From Heptranchias perlo (lineage: Eukaryota): a stretch of 64,000 nucleotides of DNA. The stretch's first letter is position 1; each line of letters opens with the position of its first letter. The notes under the pieces were generated by a model, which was not told where the DNA came from, made no database searches, and saw nothing but the letters and a program-made list of their open reading frames with translations. Shown here piece after piece: positions 37,156 through 50,715 of this stretch. Made by a program: the position numbers and the translations under genes. Location: assembly GCF_035084215.1 (NCBI RefSeq), contig NC_090362.1:8122001-8186000 (forward strand). Reading direction: 5' to 3'.

Positions 37156-37627
37156 AGAGGACTGGAGAATTGCAACAAGGTTCATGATGTCCCTTGTTTT
37201 AACCTCTCAACATCTTGCAACAGTGGCACCATCCCATTGGACTGCTTTCACATTTCCTAAAGGATTGTAGGGCCAAAAATGGTCGAATGTTATCAATTCC
37301 CTCCCTGCACACAACCTGAAATGCTTCGGTCTGGCTGCCTGCCTCTCTTCCACAGTCTTGTCCGTGCCCAGGTGGCCCTGGAGAGGGAACATGAGAGGCC
37401 TCGCACGAACCGTGGGCACCGTGGGACATACACCGTTTGATCGACAGTGATGACAATATTATGATTTGGTTTTCATTTAAGCGTCTTTACTTTTGATTGG
37501 ATTTCACGTTCAGAGTGTTATATTAGTGGTGCCTCCTCGGATGAGGCGGACACTTGTAGAGCTGTTCTTCCAGTTATTGTTTCAATCAAAAACAGGCACA
37601 ACTTGAAATGCTTGTAAGCCCTTTGCG

Positions 37628-38070
37628 GCCTGCTGCCCGTATCCAAACTCGCACCAAGTCTGTTCACCCATCAGCCCTGTGCTCGCTGACCTACATTGGC
37701 TCCCAGTCCACCAACTCCTCAAATTTAAAATTCTCATCCTTGTGTTCAAATCCCTCCACGGCCTCGCCCCTCCCTATTCCTGTAACCACCTCCAGCCCTA
37801 CAACTCTCCGAGATCCCTGCGTTCCTCCAACTCTGGCCTCTTGACTTTTATCCTGTGTAGGCCCTAAGCTCTGGAATTCCCTCCTTAAACGTCTCTGCCT
37901 CTCCACCTCTCCTCCTTTAAGGGGCTCCTTAAAACCTCCCTCTTTGACCAAGCTTTTGGTCACCTGTCCTAATGTCTCTTTCTTTGGCTCGGTGTCAATT
38001 TTTTTTTGTCTGGTTACACTCCTGTGACGTTTTCACTATGTTAAAGGCGCTATATAAATGCAAGTTGTTT
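37628..38070 (+). mobile_element. L2 LINE 3' fragment
   Basis: LADLHWLPVHQLLKFKILILVFKSLHGLAPPY; L2 tail. Confidence 0.85.
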
Positions 38071-40869
38071 TAATTTTATAACTAGAAGAGAACATTCAAT
38101 GGAATTCAAGGCCTTGCCACCTCTGCAGATTCCATCAGTTTCTAAACAGCTCACTGGGATTTTCCGTCGAACTTGTTAACAAAAAATATGAACAAGGAGC
38201 AAAACACTGCAGGTTCTGGAAATCCGAAAACAAAACTGGAAAAAAAAAACGGAAGTACTCAGCAGGTCAGGCAGCAACTGCGGAGAAACAGAAGTCGAGT
38301 CAATCTAACTTTCAGGTCTAAGACCCTTCCCCAATCCTGAGGAAGGGTCCTAGATCTGAAACTACGACTGACTGACCAGTTTCTGCATGGATGCTGCCTG
38401 ACCTGTTGAGTATTTCCAGCTTTTGCTATTAAAAAAGAAAACTGCTTTTCCCAACATGACGTCTTTAATGTCCACCTGAGCCACTGGAACAGGCAGATTT
38501 GGCCATGGTTTAATGGCTCATCCAAAGGATGGCACTTTTGACCTGTCATATTCCCTCAGTACTGAGCTGAAGTGTCAGTTGAGATTATGTGTACTGACTC
38601 AGGGAAGGAGTGCTGCCAACTGAGCCAAGTGGACACAATGGATTAAAAGGAAGGCAAACCCCAATGTGTACAGCCAACTGGATGGTTTAAATACAAAAGC
38701 ATGCTCTCATGTCTTTAGTTCTGGCTCGAGATCCAAAATCCATGGAAATTCACAGCATCCATCCACAATTTTGCATCATGAATTTCTACAAAAGACTTTC
38801 ATCCAAAAGTCCTGGTGGTTACAGTGCAAAAAAAATACTATGGAAAAGGATATTTCTCTCCCAAACTGAAAGCAGAAGATGCTGGGAAACATACAGCATG
38901 TCATTCAGCACCTGTAAAGAGAAAAGAAAGACTTGTATTTCTACAGTGTGTTTCACTGCCTCAGGATGTCCCAAAGTGCTTTACAGCCAATGAGGTACTT
39001 TTGAAGTGTAGTCACTGTTGTAATGTAGGAAACAAAGGCCAATTATGACGTTTTAGACATGGCACCTTTCCTCTGAAGATATATTTAATCCCCTATTGAC
39101 TGACTCTACCCTTGTTGTGTTTCAGGATTGTACTGTCAATATCTTGCTGTGTCTTATTGGTGCTATGTGTTATCATCTGAAACATAACTCTTAGTTTCTC
39201 CTGCACTCATTGGTATAATAGCCTGGTATTTTCCACCTTCTGATGGAACTAGGAGAATATGGTGGGTACCCCACATGATCACCAGTGGCCAATACATAGG
39301 AACAGGAGTAGGCCATTCAGCCCCTCGAGCCTGTTCCACACACCATTATTAAGAGGTGAATCTTAATTCTGAGCATGCTATCCCATTCATGGCATGAATA
39401 AAGATGCAGGTTTCAGACCATACAACATTCAGTCTGGTTAAGAAAATCTTTTTGCAGTGAGCAGAAATACTGGGAGAAACCCAAACTGTAACAAGCTCCA
39501 TATTTCAAACTTGAAACTCATATTTACTTACAAAAACCCCAAATAATTCCTTGTCGTGTGCTTAAATATACAATCTTGTGCTGCAATCTTATGTTTCCTG
39601 TGCTACATCTTGAATCTTTGTAAAACTCAGCTATTTCAGTGCAGAAATCACTTAATAAAATTCGAAAGCTTTGATTTGTTGGTGGAATGGATTGAGGCAG
39701 CAGGGTTTTGGAGTCTGGCTCCAATTACTCAATGATCGGAACAAGATTTCTGAAACTTGACAAATTCTACATCATCCTCTGTTATAATCAGGAAGCTTCT
39801 AATTATTTATCGGAGATATTAGAATTCTCAGCTATTATTTTTTTCGAACCAATTTGTTTACCAGAAGATGTTGACTCATGCTGGGATATTTTTTAAAAAA
39901 TCATTCTTGGGATGTGGGCATCGCTGGCAAGGCTGGCATTCATTGTCCCATCCCTGGTTGCCCTAAGGTTTGATACAACTGAGTGGCTTGCTAGGCCACT
40001 TCAGAGGGCAGTTAAGAGTCAAGTTCGTTGGGTGTGGGAGTGGAATCATGTGTAGGCCGGACTGGGTAAGGACGGTAGGTTTCCTTCCCTAAAGGACATG
40101 AGTGAATCAGTTGGGTTTATATGATAATCCGAATTTTAAGATTGAGGTGTTGAGGGACCAGGAGCCAATGTAGGCCAGAAGTGGTAGGTGATGGAGCAGG
40201 ACCCAGAATGGGATCAGGTACAGGCAAAATATCTGTGGCATCCAGTTTGCTGAGAAAATGTGTTTTTTCCATCAGTATGTTCAGTTTTGTCGTGTGATCT
40301 ACTCGATGAAGTGGCAAATAAAAGTTGTTTTTAATCATTCTTGATTGACCCCTGTACCTAATAGAAATAGGGAGCAAGAACGCAGAGGAAGAAAGTCATG
40401 AGTATTAGGAATGTAGGAACAGGAGGAGGCCATTCAGCCCCTCAAGCCTGTTCCAACATCAAAATAAGATCATGGCTGATCTGTATCCTAACTCCCATCT
40501 ACCCGCCTTGGTTCTGTAACCCTTAATACTCATGCCTAATAAAAATCTATCAATCTCGGTTCAATTGACCCCCAGCCTCAACAGATTTCCACTACCCTTT
40601 GTGTGAAGAAGTGCCTCCTGACATCACCCCTGAACGGCCTAGCTCTAATTTTAAGGTTATGCCCCCTTGTTCTGGACTCCCTCACCAGAGGAAATAGTTT
40701 ATCTACCTTATATAGAATATAGAAACACAACACCGAATATCTATTAGATATGGATTCATACTGGAAAGTCTAAGTCCCTAATCTCTCCAAGACAGATGCA
40801 GAGATCATTCCTGTACTCTGCCCCGACGATGTCCCTAATCCCAGAAGAACAAGTGCTGCTGTGAACTCA

Positions 40870-42330
40870 CCAGCATTCGAATTTTCTGTTTGCAACATCA
40901 GCTCTCAAAAGATCAGATAACAAAACATCCAAAGACAGAGAATATAAAATAAAACAGTCCGAACAGATTTCTAAAAGGAAGGTCATGTTTACCCAAACTT
41001 TTTGGATTATTTGAAGAAGTAACAGAAAGAGTAGACAAGGGCAATGCGGTGGATGTGGTTTACATGGACTTTCAAAAGGCCTTCGATAAGGTGTCACATA
41101 AGAGACTTATGACAAAGGTCAGAGCGTGTGGAGTCAGGGGCCAAGTAGCAGAATGGATTGAAAGATGGCTACAAAACAGAAAACAGAGGAAGGCGTAGCA
41201 AAAGGTGTGAAGTGGTGTCCCGCAGGGATCCGTGCTGGGACCGTTGTTGTTTACCATATCCGTAAATGATTTGGACTCAGAAATTGGAGATATGGTGTCG
41301 AAATTTGCAGATAATAATAAATTGGGGTGTATAGCTAATAATGTGGAGGACTTCACCAAAGTACAGGCAGACATAAATCGGCTTGCAGAATGGGCGGATA
41401 AATGGAAAATGAAATTCAATATAGCTAAGCTCTGGAACTCCCTCCTTAAACTTCACCGCCTCTCTACCTCTCTCTCCTCCTTTAAGACGCTCCTTAAAAC
41501 CTACCTTTTTGACCACCTTGGTCACCTGTCCTAATATGTGGCTCAGTGTCAAATTTTGTTTGATAACGCTCCTGTGAAGCACATAGGGAATTTTTACTAC
41601 GTTAAAGGCGCTATATAAATGCAGCTTGTTGTTGTTGTTATTGAGGTGGTTTATTTTGGTCATATGAATGAGGAGGCCACTTATTCCTTGGAAGGTAAGA
41701 AAGCAAATGGGGTAGAGGAGCAAAGAGACCTGGGGATACAGAAACATGAATGACTAAAAGTAGCAACACAAGTTGATAAGACCATTAAGAGTGCAAAGTA
41801 CTGGGGATCACTTCTTGAGGAATAACAACAACTTGCATTTATATAGTGTTTTTAACATAGTAAAACACCCCATGGTGCTTAATATGAGAATACAAAAGCA
41901 GGAAGGTAATGTTAAATTTATATAAAACATTGGTTAGATCACACGTGGAGCACTGTGTGCAGTTCTAGTCTCTATACTACCAAGAGGCTATTGAAGGACT
42001 GGAGAAAGAGCAGAAAAGGTTTACAAGTTTTCAGAATTGAGAGGATGCAACTATCAGGAAAGATTGATCAGACTGGGACTCTTCTCTGGAGAAGATAAGC
42101 CTTAGAAGAGACCTGATCGAGATCTTTAAAATTATGAAGGGTTTCAATAGAGTGGATGTGGAGAAACTATATCCACTTGGGTGAGTCCAGGACAAAGAGC
42201 ATAAATATAAGACAGCCACTAACAGATCAAATAAAGAATTTAGGAGGAATGCCTTCACAAAGAGAGTGCTGAGAATGTGGAACTCGCTGCCACATGAGTG
42301 GTTAAAGCAAATAGCATTGCTGCATTTATG
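40870..42330 (+). mobile_element. Degenerate CR1 ORF2 interrupted by an L2 3' end (about 41425-41640)
   Basis: [37 protein letters not shown], then L2 KLWNSL...LKTYLF, then CR1 resumes. Confidence 0.82.
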
Positions 42331-42399
42331 ATTTAGTTTTTCTATTAGATGTGCCCCTCTAAAAAGGGGCACTTTTGTTAGGTTTTTTTTTTGTATGTT

Positions 42400-43030
42400 T
42401 TATGCAAAGGCACAGCAGGAGTCTGCAGTGCAGGTAATCCGAGGGTGTTTCAGGCAGTGCGTTAGCCACCCTGCCGCTGGGGTCCTTATAGAGCTGCTCC
42501 CAGTCGCCTTCGCCCTCTTCTAGCTGCTGGAATCCAAGATGGTGGGTCTGGGCGGACCGGGGCTGGGGGGGACAATCTGCCGCCATCCGCCTGGCAATCG
42601 GGCACCAAAGCTTCCCACACCGGCCCACGCACATTTATAACTCGTCCGGCCAACTTTATCCGCCGATATTACTGGAAAAAGCGGATAAAGAAGGAGGCGA
42701 TGTGCCCGGAGTCGGCCGGGGCCTATCCCTGGGCTGTGACTCCTCGCTGTGGGGGTTTAATGTAACCGGGTTCTTGTTTAATTGTGTGGGGGGGGGGGGT
42801 GCAGGGGAAGAGGAGAAGCTTGAAATTTAGGACGGGGCATTTGTGAGACGAGGCCTCGGGCTTTCCCGGATGCCGTCCGGCCTGGGTTGCGGCGCTGCCC
42901 GATCCCCGGGCTCTTGCGTTCCGGCTGAGTAAAAGCTTCTTGTTGGAAAGTCTTCATTTGGTCCCGGGCGGATGGGGAGCTGAGGCTGGGACAGTAACTG
43001 CGGAGAGGACGGTCTGAGAGCAGCTTGAAC
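42400..43030 (+). promoter_or_regulatory. RPS17: RPS17 CpG-island promoter with TATA-like element and 5'TOP-type pyrimidine start
   Basis: CTTATAGA at about 42485-42492, pyrimidine tract CCCTCTTCT at 42513-42521 about 25-30 nt downstream, CpG-rich intron 1. Confidence 0.75.
42539..42541 (+). CDS. RPS17: RPS17 exon 1 (ATG only)
   Basis: CCAAGATG|GTGGGT; ATG-only first coding exon as in vertebrate RPS17. Confidence 0.85.
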
Positions 43031-43784
43031 CCAAATGTTCATTCAGTTATTTATTTAAACTGGGATTGTTCTCCTTGGAGAAGGTTAGGGGGAGACTTAA
43101 TAGAGGTGCTCAGAATTATGAGGGGGTTTTGATAGGGTAGATGGGGAGAAACTGTTTCCACTGGCAGAAGGGTCAGTGACTGGAGGATGCAGATTTTAGA
43201 TAATTGGCAAAAGAACCAGAGGGGAGATGAGAAAAGGACAAATTTGCAGGGCTATGGGGAAAAGGCAGGGGAGTGGAAGTAACTGGATAGCTCTTTCAAA
43301 GAGCAGGCATGATGTTGCCTGTGCTGTATGATTCTGTGTAATAGTTTGGGTTTATGGATCTCAATTTAATCTTAGTTGCCCAGAGTGTCTACAGTACTCC
43401 ATCCTTTTGCTGCATTAAAAAGGTGTTCAGTGTTAAAATTGGTGTACAGTAGATCAGGAAGAATTATGCATTTGGGGTTCTGATGCCCAACTCATTTGAT
43501 GAAGCCAATAAATGTCCTACCTTTAAATTACAACTGCTCAATAGCTGTTAGTCTGGGGAAAAAAAACCTGCAAATGCTGGAAATCTGAAATAAGTTAGTA
43601 TGTTTACTCAGCTTGCCTTGAGATGTAAAACCACACCTGTTAGCCCAGAACTGTAATGTAGTTATGTGCAAATGTTACATTAAACAATTGATTCCTTGAA
43701 AGGTTATGACTACATGGCCTGTTTTAAGTGCTGACCTTTGGTTCCCCCTTGGATTAAAAGGGTTGTAGAGGATGCTTTTTATAA

Positions 43785-43961
<177 letters not shown>

Positions 43962-45030
43962 TAAGAAGTGAGATGCTTTTATTAATTCTATCTCGCCAAT
44001 GTTCTCCCTCCCCATACGCTCCTGGGAAGTGGGTTAATTCCTAGCTGGATCTAATTGAATGACGGAACAGGCTCGAGAGTCTGAATGGCCTCCTTCTGTT
44101 CCATGGCTATAGTTCCACGGGTGCCCTCTAATAATTTGCACATAATGGCTGTTACTCGTATGCGCCTTGGTAGTGAATGTTGGCAAACTATTCACCTGTG
44201 GGCCACACATCAGGTGGAGGGGTGTGGGTGGCAGGGAAAGAGATAAAATTTGATCCTATTCTCTTCTTCACCTGACTTCTAAATGTGCGTGATTCTCCCC
44301 CCATTGGGTGGGGGGTGTGTGAGAGAGATTTGAGGCCAGTTGTCACACCATCATTTTCTATCCTGTTGAGATGAGCTAACTCAAAACGAGCCAGTGATCG
44401 TACATGGGACTTCCTCGTTCTTTGATTGAACCTCGCCGCTAGAATTGAGGGCATCGATTTCCTTTTTGTGGTCTCCCTGTCCTTGCTCTGTCACGGCTGT
44501 GACTATGTCTCTCAGTGGCTCTGCTCATCGTGTTGCCCAATCTTATTTGAACATTGGATGTATTAGTGGGTCCTGTGTGCTTGTCCGAATCCCCATTTAA
44601 TGATCCCTCCTGTTATATCAATATATACAAGGAGAAATAAGGGGGTCTTGCTACCCCTACAGGAGGAATAAGTTGAGTGGAATCAGTTTGGTTTCTCTGC
44701 AGCATCCATCCCCAGTGGTTATGGGGAACCTTGCAGTATCTTAATGATATTTGAGGAATTTTCACCATCGATTGATGAGATTTAAATTATTAACACAGGT
44801 AAAAACCAAGAATGCGAGTTTGAAAAATCTGTAATTTAAAAGTGCTGTTAACACTAATGACTGAACTGAAAGCTAAGTTGAAATATCCTCTAATTATAAT
44901 TATACTGTCTTGTTTGGAACCTGTTTTAGAACCGCTCTGTAGTTTGTTGCTGCCTAGTACTGTGCAGGTATAGCAGTTGACTACAGTAGGATTTACAATG
45001 TACAATAATTGGTGTCTGTAATTTATCTAG

Positions 45031-45136
45031 ATACGTGACACACTTAATGAAGCGTATCCAGCGTGGGCCTGTGAGAGGCATCTCCATCAAACTGCAGGAA
45101 GAGGAGCGAGAGAGGAGGGACAACTATGTCCCAGAG
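45031..45136 (+). CDS. RPS17: RPS17 exon 3
   Basis: [35 protein letters not shown]; phase 2/0. Confidence 0.98.
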
Positions 45137-46589
45137 GTGGGTTTATCTTCAGTCGAGTTCACTCACTGGTTTATTCATTGAGTTCTATCTGATGCTGCAT
45201 CTGTGTACTTGCTTGGGTACACTCAGAACGTGGGTTTTGTATTTAAGTAACAAGATTGGGATGCTTGAAGTCTTCAGGCAAAATACTGCAACTGACCTGT
45301 AAATTACCAGGATAGTGTTCAAGATTTATATTCATTTGGGATAAGGTGAATCATTCTGCACTTTGATCGTTAGATTCAGGTGTTGAAGGACCTTCAGCCC
45401 AATTTGAGTTTTTCCTTCCAGAATACCAGCCCTGCTCTCTTGCCATGACATCTAGCTGTTTCTTTAGCAAGTGAGTTGTAGCATGGAGAGTAAATGAGAC
45501 TGCGTGCTGCTTTGAGGCCTTTTTGGGTGTCGGGGCGCAGACCATCAAATTGCCGCGCGCTCCTCCATTTCTGTGGTCACTTTTGGCCGTCACCTCCTTA
45601 TCACAATTCAAGGTTGGTCAGTTGACGCTGGCTGTTCCCAGTCTGTTGGAAGCTCCCTAGTGATCAGATTGACTGTCGATGCTCCCTTGTTTCAGGCCTA
45701 TGTTGAGCTGGTGTTGGCTTGTTGGTAAAGTACACACAAACTCCACAAAGATGAGCAGGTACCATATCAACATGACTGAATATCTGAGCCCAAATATTTA
45801 CTCCGCGCTTGTCTCAAAATCATATGATACGTATCTCGCCTTTTTTTGGAATTATGCAGAGCTAAGTTTCCCAGCCCTGTAGACTGTTCGAGTACAGGCA
45901 GTGTCCATATCATCTGTATTTTGTGGTACCTGGAATAGCAAAACACAGCACCACTCAATTACAAGTCCAAATAGGAAACGTTGATTAGATCTTTAGCTCT
46001 CTTACCGGAATTTTTGATGCTGACGGCCATTGCAGCTCGATCCCCACTTCACATCTTGGCTCGATGTTTGTTATATCTCGAGCAATCCTGATATCCCCCC
46101 ACACCGCGGATCTCTGCAAAATTCTTAATAGCAACTTGTTCACCGCCCACGCTTACTATTTATGTCGAACTGTTAAGTCCTAGAAATAATACCTGCTCAT
46201 TTTTGCCTTTGGACATTGTGCCTAATACATTCATGATTTGTAATTAACAAACTAAATGTTGCAGTTTTAGTATTGACAACTTTATTGGCCTGATTGCGCC
46301 CCATGTTTACCTACTTTCTTGTCCAAATGATCACCGAATATGGAAATATAGATTGTTTTTAATGATGAAACTTTGCATTCACCTTGAGCAGTGGTTCTGA
46401 GCCTGTATGTAATTGGTTAAAGTCTAGCTGGGTTTAGCTCCTTCAGTTGAGATCCTAACAGTGGCTAAAGCTGTGATCGATTTTAGGTCGTACCTGGTAG
46501 TTTCCTGGGATGGTATGATGATTGGAATAGGGCTTTGGTGCCTCCAGTGAATGAGGTTACTTTTAAAACCAGGTTTCCTCGAAGAAAGA

Positions 46590-46962
46590 AGTATTTGTAT
46601 AGTGCCTTTCACAGCATTTACATTCAATAGCTCACTCTTGTAATGCTGCTACTGTTCTGTAGGCAAATGTGGCAGCTACTTAGTGCATAGAAAGATCCCA
46701 CAAACTAGATATGAATGACTAGATATTCTGTTTGTGGTTGTATTAGTTGAGGGAGTGAATGTTGGCCAGGAGAACATCCCTGTTCTCGTATAGTGCCATG
46801 GGATCTTTTACACCCCATCTGAGCTGGCAGTTGGGGCTTTGGTTTAATGTCATCCAAAAGACTGAACCGGAGTGCTGGCCTCGACTGTGTGCTCAAGTCC
46901 ACAGTGGCGCCTGAGCCCACGCACGGTGTGCAGGGCGAGTGCTACCAGCCGAGCCAGTCTGA
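46590..46962 (-). mobile_element. Degenerate Deu-SINE in RPS17 intron 3
   Basis: tagtgccatgggatcttttac...ggtttaatgtcatccaaaagac core. Confidence 0.65.
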
Positions 46963-46982
46963 CTCTTTGAGGAATAATTTGA

Positions 46983-47186
<204 letters not shown>

Positions 47187-49631
47187 TGACCCACAACCCG
47201 TCCAGATGATGTGGCGTGCTGATGTGCCAACTGCTGCATCAGTTTTGTGGAGTTAGTTCCGTGTCTGATCTACCACATGTGCAGGTGAAGTGTCCTCTGA
47301 AAGAAAGGAGCAGAAGACAAGTCAGACCAGTGGTTGAAGCTGGGGAAGGACACCTGTTCTCGCAACATGGGAGGGTAGAGAGGGAGGAAGTAACCGTAAA
47401 CCCTCAGTGTGATATCCCACTTAATATGATGTGCCTTGCAGAGTAGCTGACTTCTATTAGGATTTGGGGTCTCGTTCAAGGAAGATTAGATATATTTTAT
47501 GAATTTACATATTAAACCCAGGGTGCTCTCTTCACGTTATCTTGCTTTTGCTATGTGACTATTTATTTAGAACGCGCTCACTGGGAATAGACAAAACAAA
47601 ACCATACTGGTTCAGCAAGTTTATGACTTCTACTATTTGTTTACCAATAAACCCTCTTGGATGGTGAAAGGGAAGTTGAATAGTCCATACAGTAGTCGTG
47701 AAGTTTTGGTGTATCTACAATCCCAGTGCTACACTGATGCTTGCACACTCAGAATGGATCCTGCATTTCACAGCTCTTACACATGCAGAACATAAAGTCT
47801 TTGTGTCGCTCTCACCAAATTTTCAAAAAGGTGGGAGTGAAATTGTAAGTAAGGAAAAGGGCCGAGTTACTATGTGCATAGCCATAATAGTTTACAGTGA
47901 TGAATAGAGCATTCTGCTTCAGTCGGGCAACACTGGGAGATTATGGTATCGTGGGAGTCCATCAATGAGCATTAATCTTTGGGGAGCAGCTTGCAGTCTC
48001 CTTCGCTACAGTAGCGTGACTCTTCAGGATGGTAAGATGTTTTTAGAAAAGTTTCTGTTCAGGACTTAGCTTCTTTCTCTGCCACTTACCCCCCATCTCT
48101 TTTTAGCCATTCCTCCTACTAAGCTGAACGTAATTTACGACATTCTGTCCCACCTGAAGTGAAGTTTAAAATCTATTGCTTTCTTGTCTTTGATAGTCTT
48201 TCCCTCCTCTCATTACTACCTGCATGAACTTATCCTGACCTTGTTGAAGGGTGATTTTTTTTTCAGATTAGGCACATTGGCATTCCTGGCCATATTTATG
48301 AGCCTCATTCTGGGGTGTTGCGCAGCAGAGAGCTGGTGGCCCAGTATCCATCCCATCCTGGGATGGAGTCCAGATACGCAGTGAAGTGGGCTAGGTTTGG
48401 TCAAGATTCTAATGAATGGCTTGATTCTTCTAATCCTATGATCCCAGTTTTGATGGATGTTCATGACTCCTGCACTCCATTGGGGTTGTGCATTGAGCTC
48501 CTGGTGGATTCCACATCTACACTAGAGCTTGGGCGATACGATAAACTCAGTATAAATATGACTTGGCTCTCCGCTTACTTCATTTGGATGGGAACGTAAC
48601 AAGTTCCCACTGTTCACTCTTGTGGGGGGCGACATGTCCTGTGGCAGCACTGGGTAGAATGTCTTACTCCAAAGTAGGGGACCCAGCCTGTTTTTAACTT
48701 GTAGTGACTTTAATTAGTTTTACGCAGTGTGGGAAGGTTCATTAATGTTTTAAATTGAATTGATGCATCATCTTGTGTAAATAAAAGATAAATTAGTCAT
48801 GGTAAGTGTTGAAGTACTATTCGAGGTTTGAACATTGTGTATAGCCTTGTTGATGTTTTATGCCTGGACTGCAGGCAATGCCTGTTGATGCTTTACTTCC
48901 TTCTGTGGCCGGATCCTGTTCCACAAGATTTACTATCTCGTCTCATCCCCACTCCCTTAAATGGAGGCATTCCCTGTGTCATGTAACTTGTCCATCAAGG
49001 ATCTGTCACATTGCAGTGGAGTCCGGGGCTGTCCTTTCAGAATTTGGGGGTTAATTTGCTGTCCTGCAGGTGTACTTAACCCCTAGTTTGCTGCAGCTGA
49101 GTTCTCAACTGGGCAAATCGTGGTGTTGATGCCACAGACAAGAGAACTCATGCTGCAAAAGTGCTTTTTTTGGATTTGTTTACATTATGTTAAAACATCA
49201 CATTTAATCCTGGGCTATAACTGCACAATAGTTTTTGGAACCTATTTTCAGTCAATCAAGGACCGGATGTTTTTAGGTTGCTGCCACCTCAAATGGATGG
49301 TGGAAAGTAGGATGATGACAGCTAAGCGTGAGATGCAAACTTGCCACTGACCTCGGGTGTCTTGGAATTCCCTGGGACCCGTGGACTGGACTGAGTTAAT
49401 TGGAGTTTTGAGTTCATTCTAGATGCTGTAACTTGCCTATTTTGTAACTGTTCACTAGCAGGACAGTTAATTGAATTCAAGCCCCTGCCATATAACATTG
49501 TTGGCTGCAAAATCCCTTCAAGACTGTCGTACTGGTCTAGCTTGCAGTATTTGTTACTAAACTAACCTGTTGTACGGTTCTGTGGATTTTGTCTGCCTTG
49601 CATTTAATGTATTTTGCCCCCTCTTTTGCAG

Positions 49632-49706
49632 GACTTTGGCAGCTTGTCCAATCTGCAGGTCACACAGCCTTCAGTAGGAATGGCCTTCAGGACCCCAAGA
49701 ATCTAA
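49632..49706 (+). CDS. RPS17: RPS17 exon 5 ([24 protein letters not shown])
   Basis: cttttgcag| acceptor; TAA stop; total protein 133 aa. Confidence 0.97.
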   Translation, partial: DFGSLSNLQVTQPSVGMAFRTPRI

Positions 49707-49729
49707 AATTATTTGTACAACATTGCTCT

Positions 49730-49735
49730 AATAAA
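49730..49735 (+). terminator. RPS17: RPS17 polyadenylation signal
   Basis: AATAAA 23 nt after the stop, followed by a GT-rich downstream element. Confidence 0.85.
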
Positions 49736-50424
49736 AAAAGACAAAAGGAATTTGCTGGGTTGTGTGTCATTATTTGTTCCATTGTATCGAATGTCTGCAA
49801 TTTCCTCCTCTTCGCTCCAGTTTGGAGACAGCCTAGGTGACCCATTTGTATTCCTGTGAAATAGTTGCTGGGGCTTCTCTAGGATTGACGTGAAATGGTG
49901 TAATGTGAATGCTAAATGTTTCAGTCGGTAAGTTACCGTAACCTCTGATTTCTAAATCTAACTATCATACTGGGGGAGATGACATTTCTTTTATGCATCA
50001 GTCAGGTTATTGTTGCTTCGTAACTGGGGAATGTTGAACGAGATTCCTGCACTAAGCTGCAGTGTGGATTGCAAATTAATGCAACGTGGATTTAAACTTT
50101 GTATGTGGCCCCTCTGGTGCCATGGAACACAACTATGTGGCTCATGGAACCAAAAGCTGGGACAGCTCTGTCTTACGTAATGAGGTTGGAAAGGTTTGTA
50201 CAGCAAGTATTTTAACAACTGGTGAGCTCATCCATCCCAACAGTGACGGAGATTGCTCAAGCGGAGGTGAGGTGATGGGATCTGAACTGGTGCATTACAA
50301 GACTGCTTCTTGAGACAATGTCATGGACTCCATTAGGGGGCGCTCATGTCTAGACTTGGTATAAGCAATCAGAATGACATTTACAATTTAGAAGCAATGG
50401 AGCTTGTGGTGATGAGTGACCATA

Positions 50425-50715
50425 AGAAAGATTTGCATTTATATAGCACCTTTCACGACCACAGGATGTCCCAAACGCTTTACAGCCAATGAAGTACTTT
50501 TGAAGTGTAGTCACTTGTAGGAAACGGCATCCAAATTGCGCAGAGCAAGGTTCCACAAACATCAATGTGGTCGTGACCAGACAATCTGTTTTAGTGATGT
50601 TGGTTGAAGGATAAATATTGGCCAGGACACCAGGAAGAACTCCCCTGCTCTTCAAAATAGTGCCGTGGGATCTTTTGTGTCCACCTGAGAGGCCTTGGTT
50701 TAAAGTCTCATCCAA
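50425..50715 (-). mobile_element. Deu-SINE fragment
   Basis: Matches 25085-25528; further copies at about 19680-19865, 53480-53740 and 63610-63815. Confidence 0.78.

Noticed and set aside
44937-44998. Hairpin followed by ACA near the end of RPS17 intron 2 (H/ACA-like)
   Set aside because: No convincing 5' hairpin, H box or guide pocket, and very close to the acceptor.
47204-47271. Possible box C/D snoRNA in RPS17 intron 4 (ATGATGT...CTGA)
   Set aside because: Imperfect C box, no proper terminal stem and no rRNA antisense element I can recognise; an Infernal/snoscan run over the RPS17 introns would settle it.
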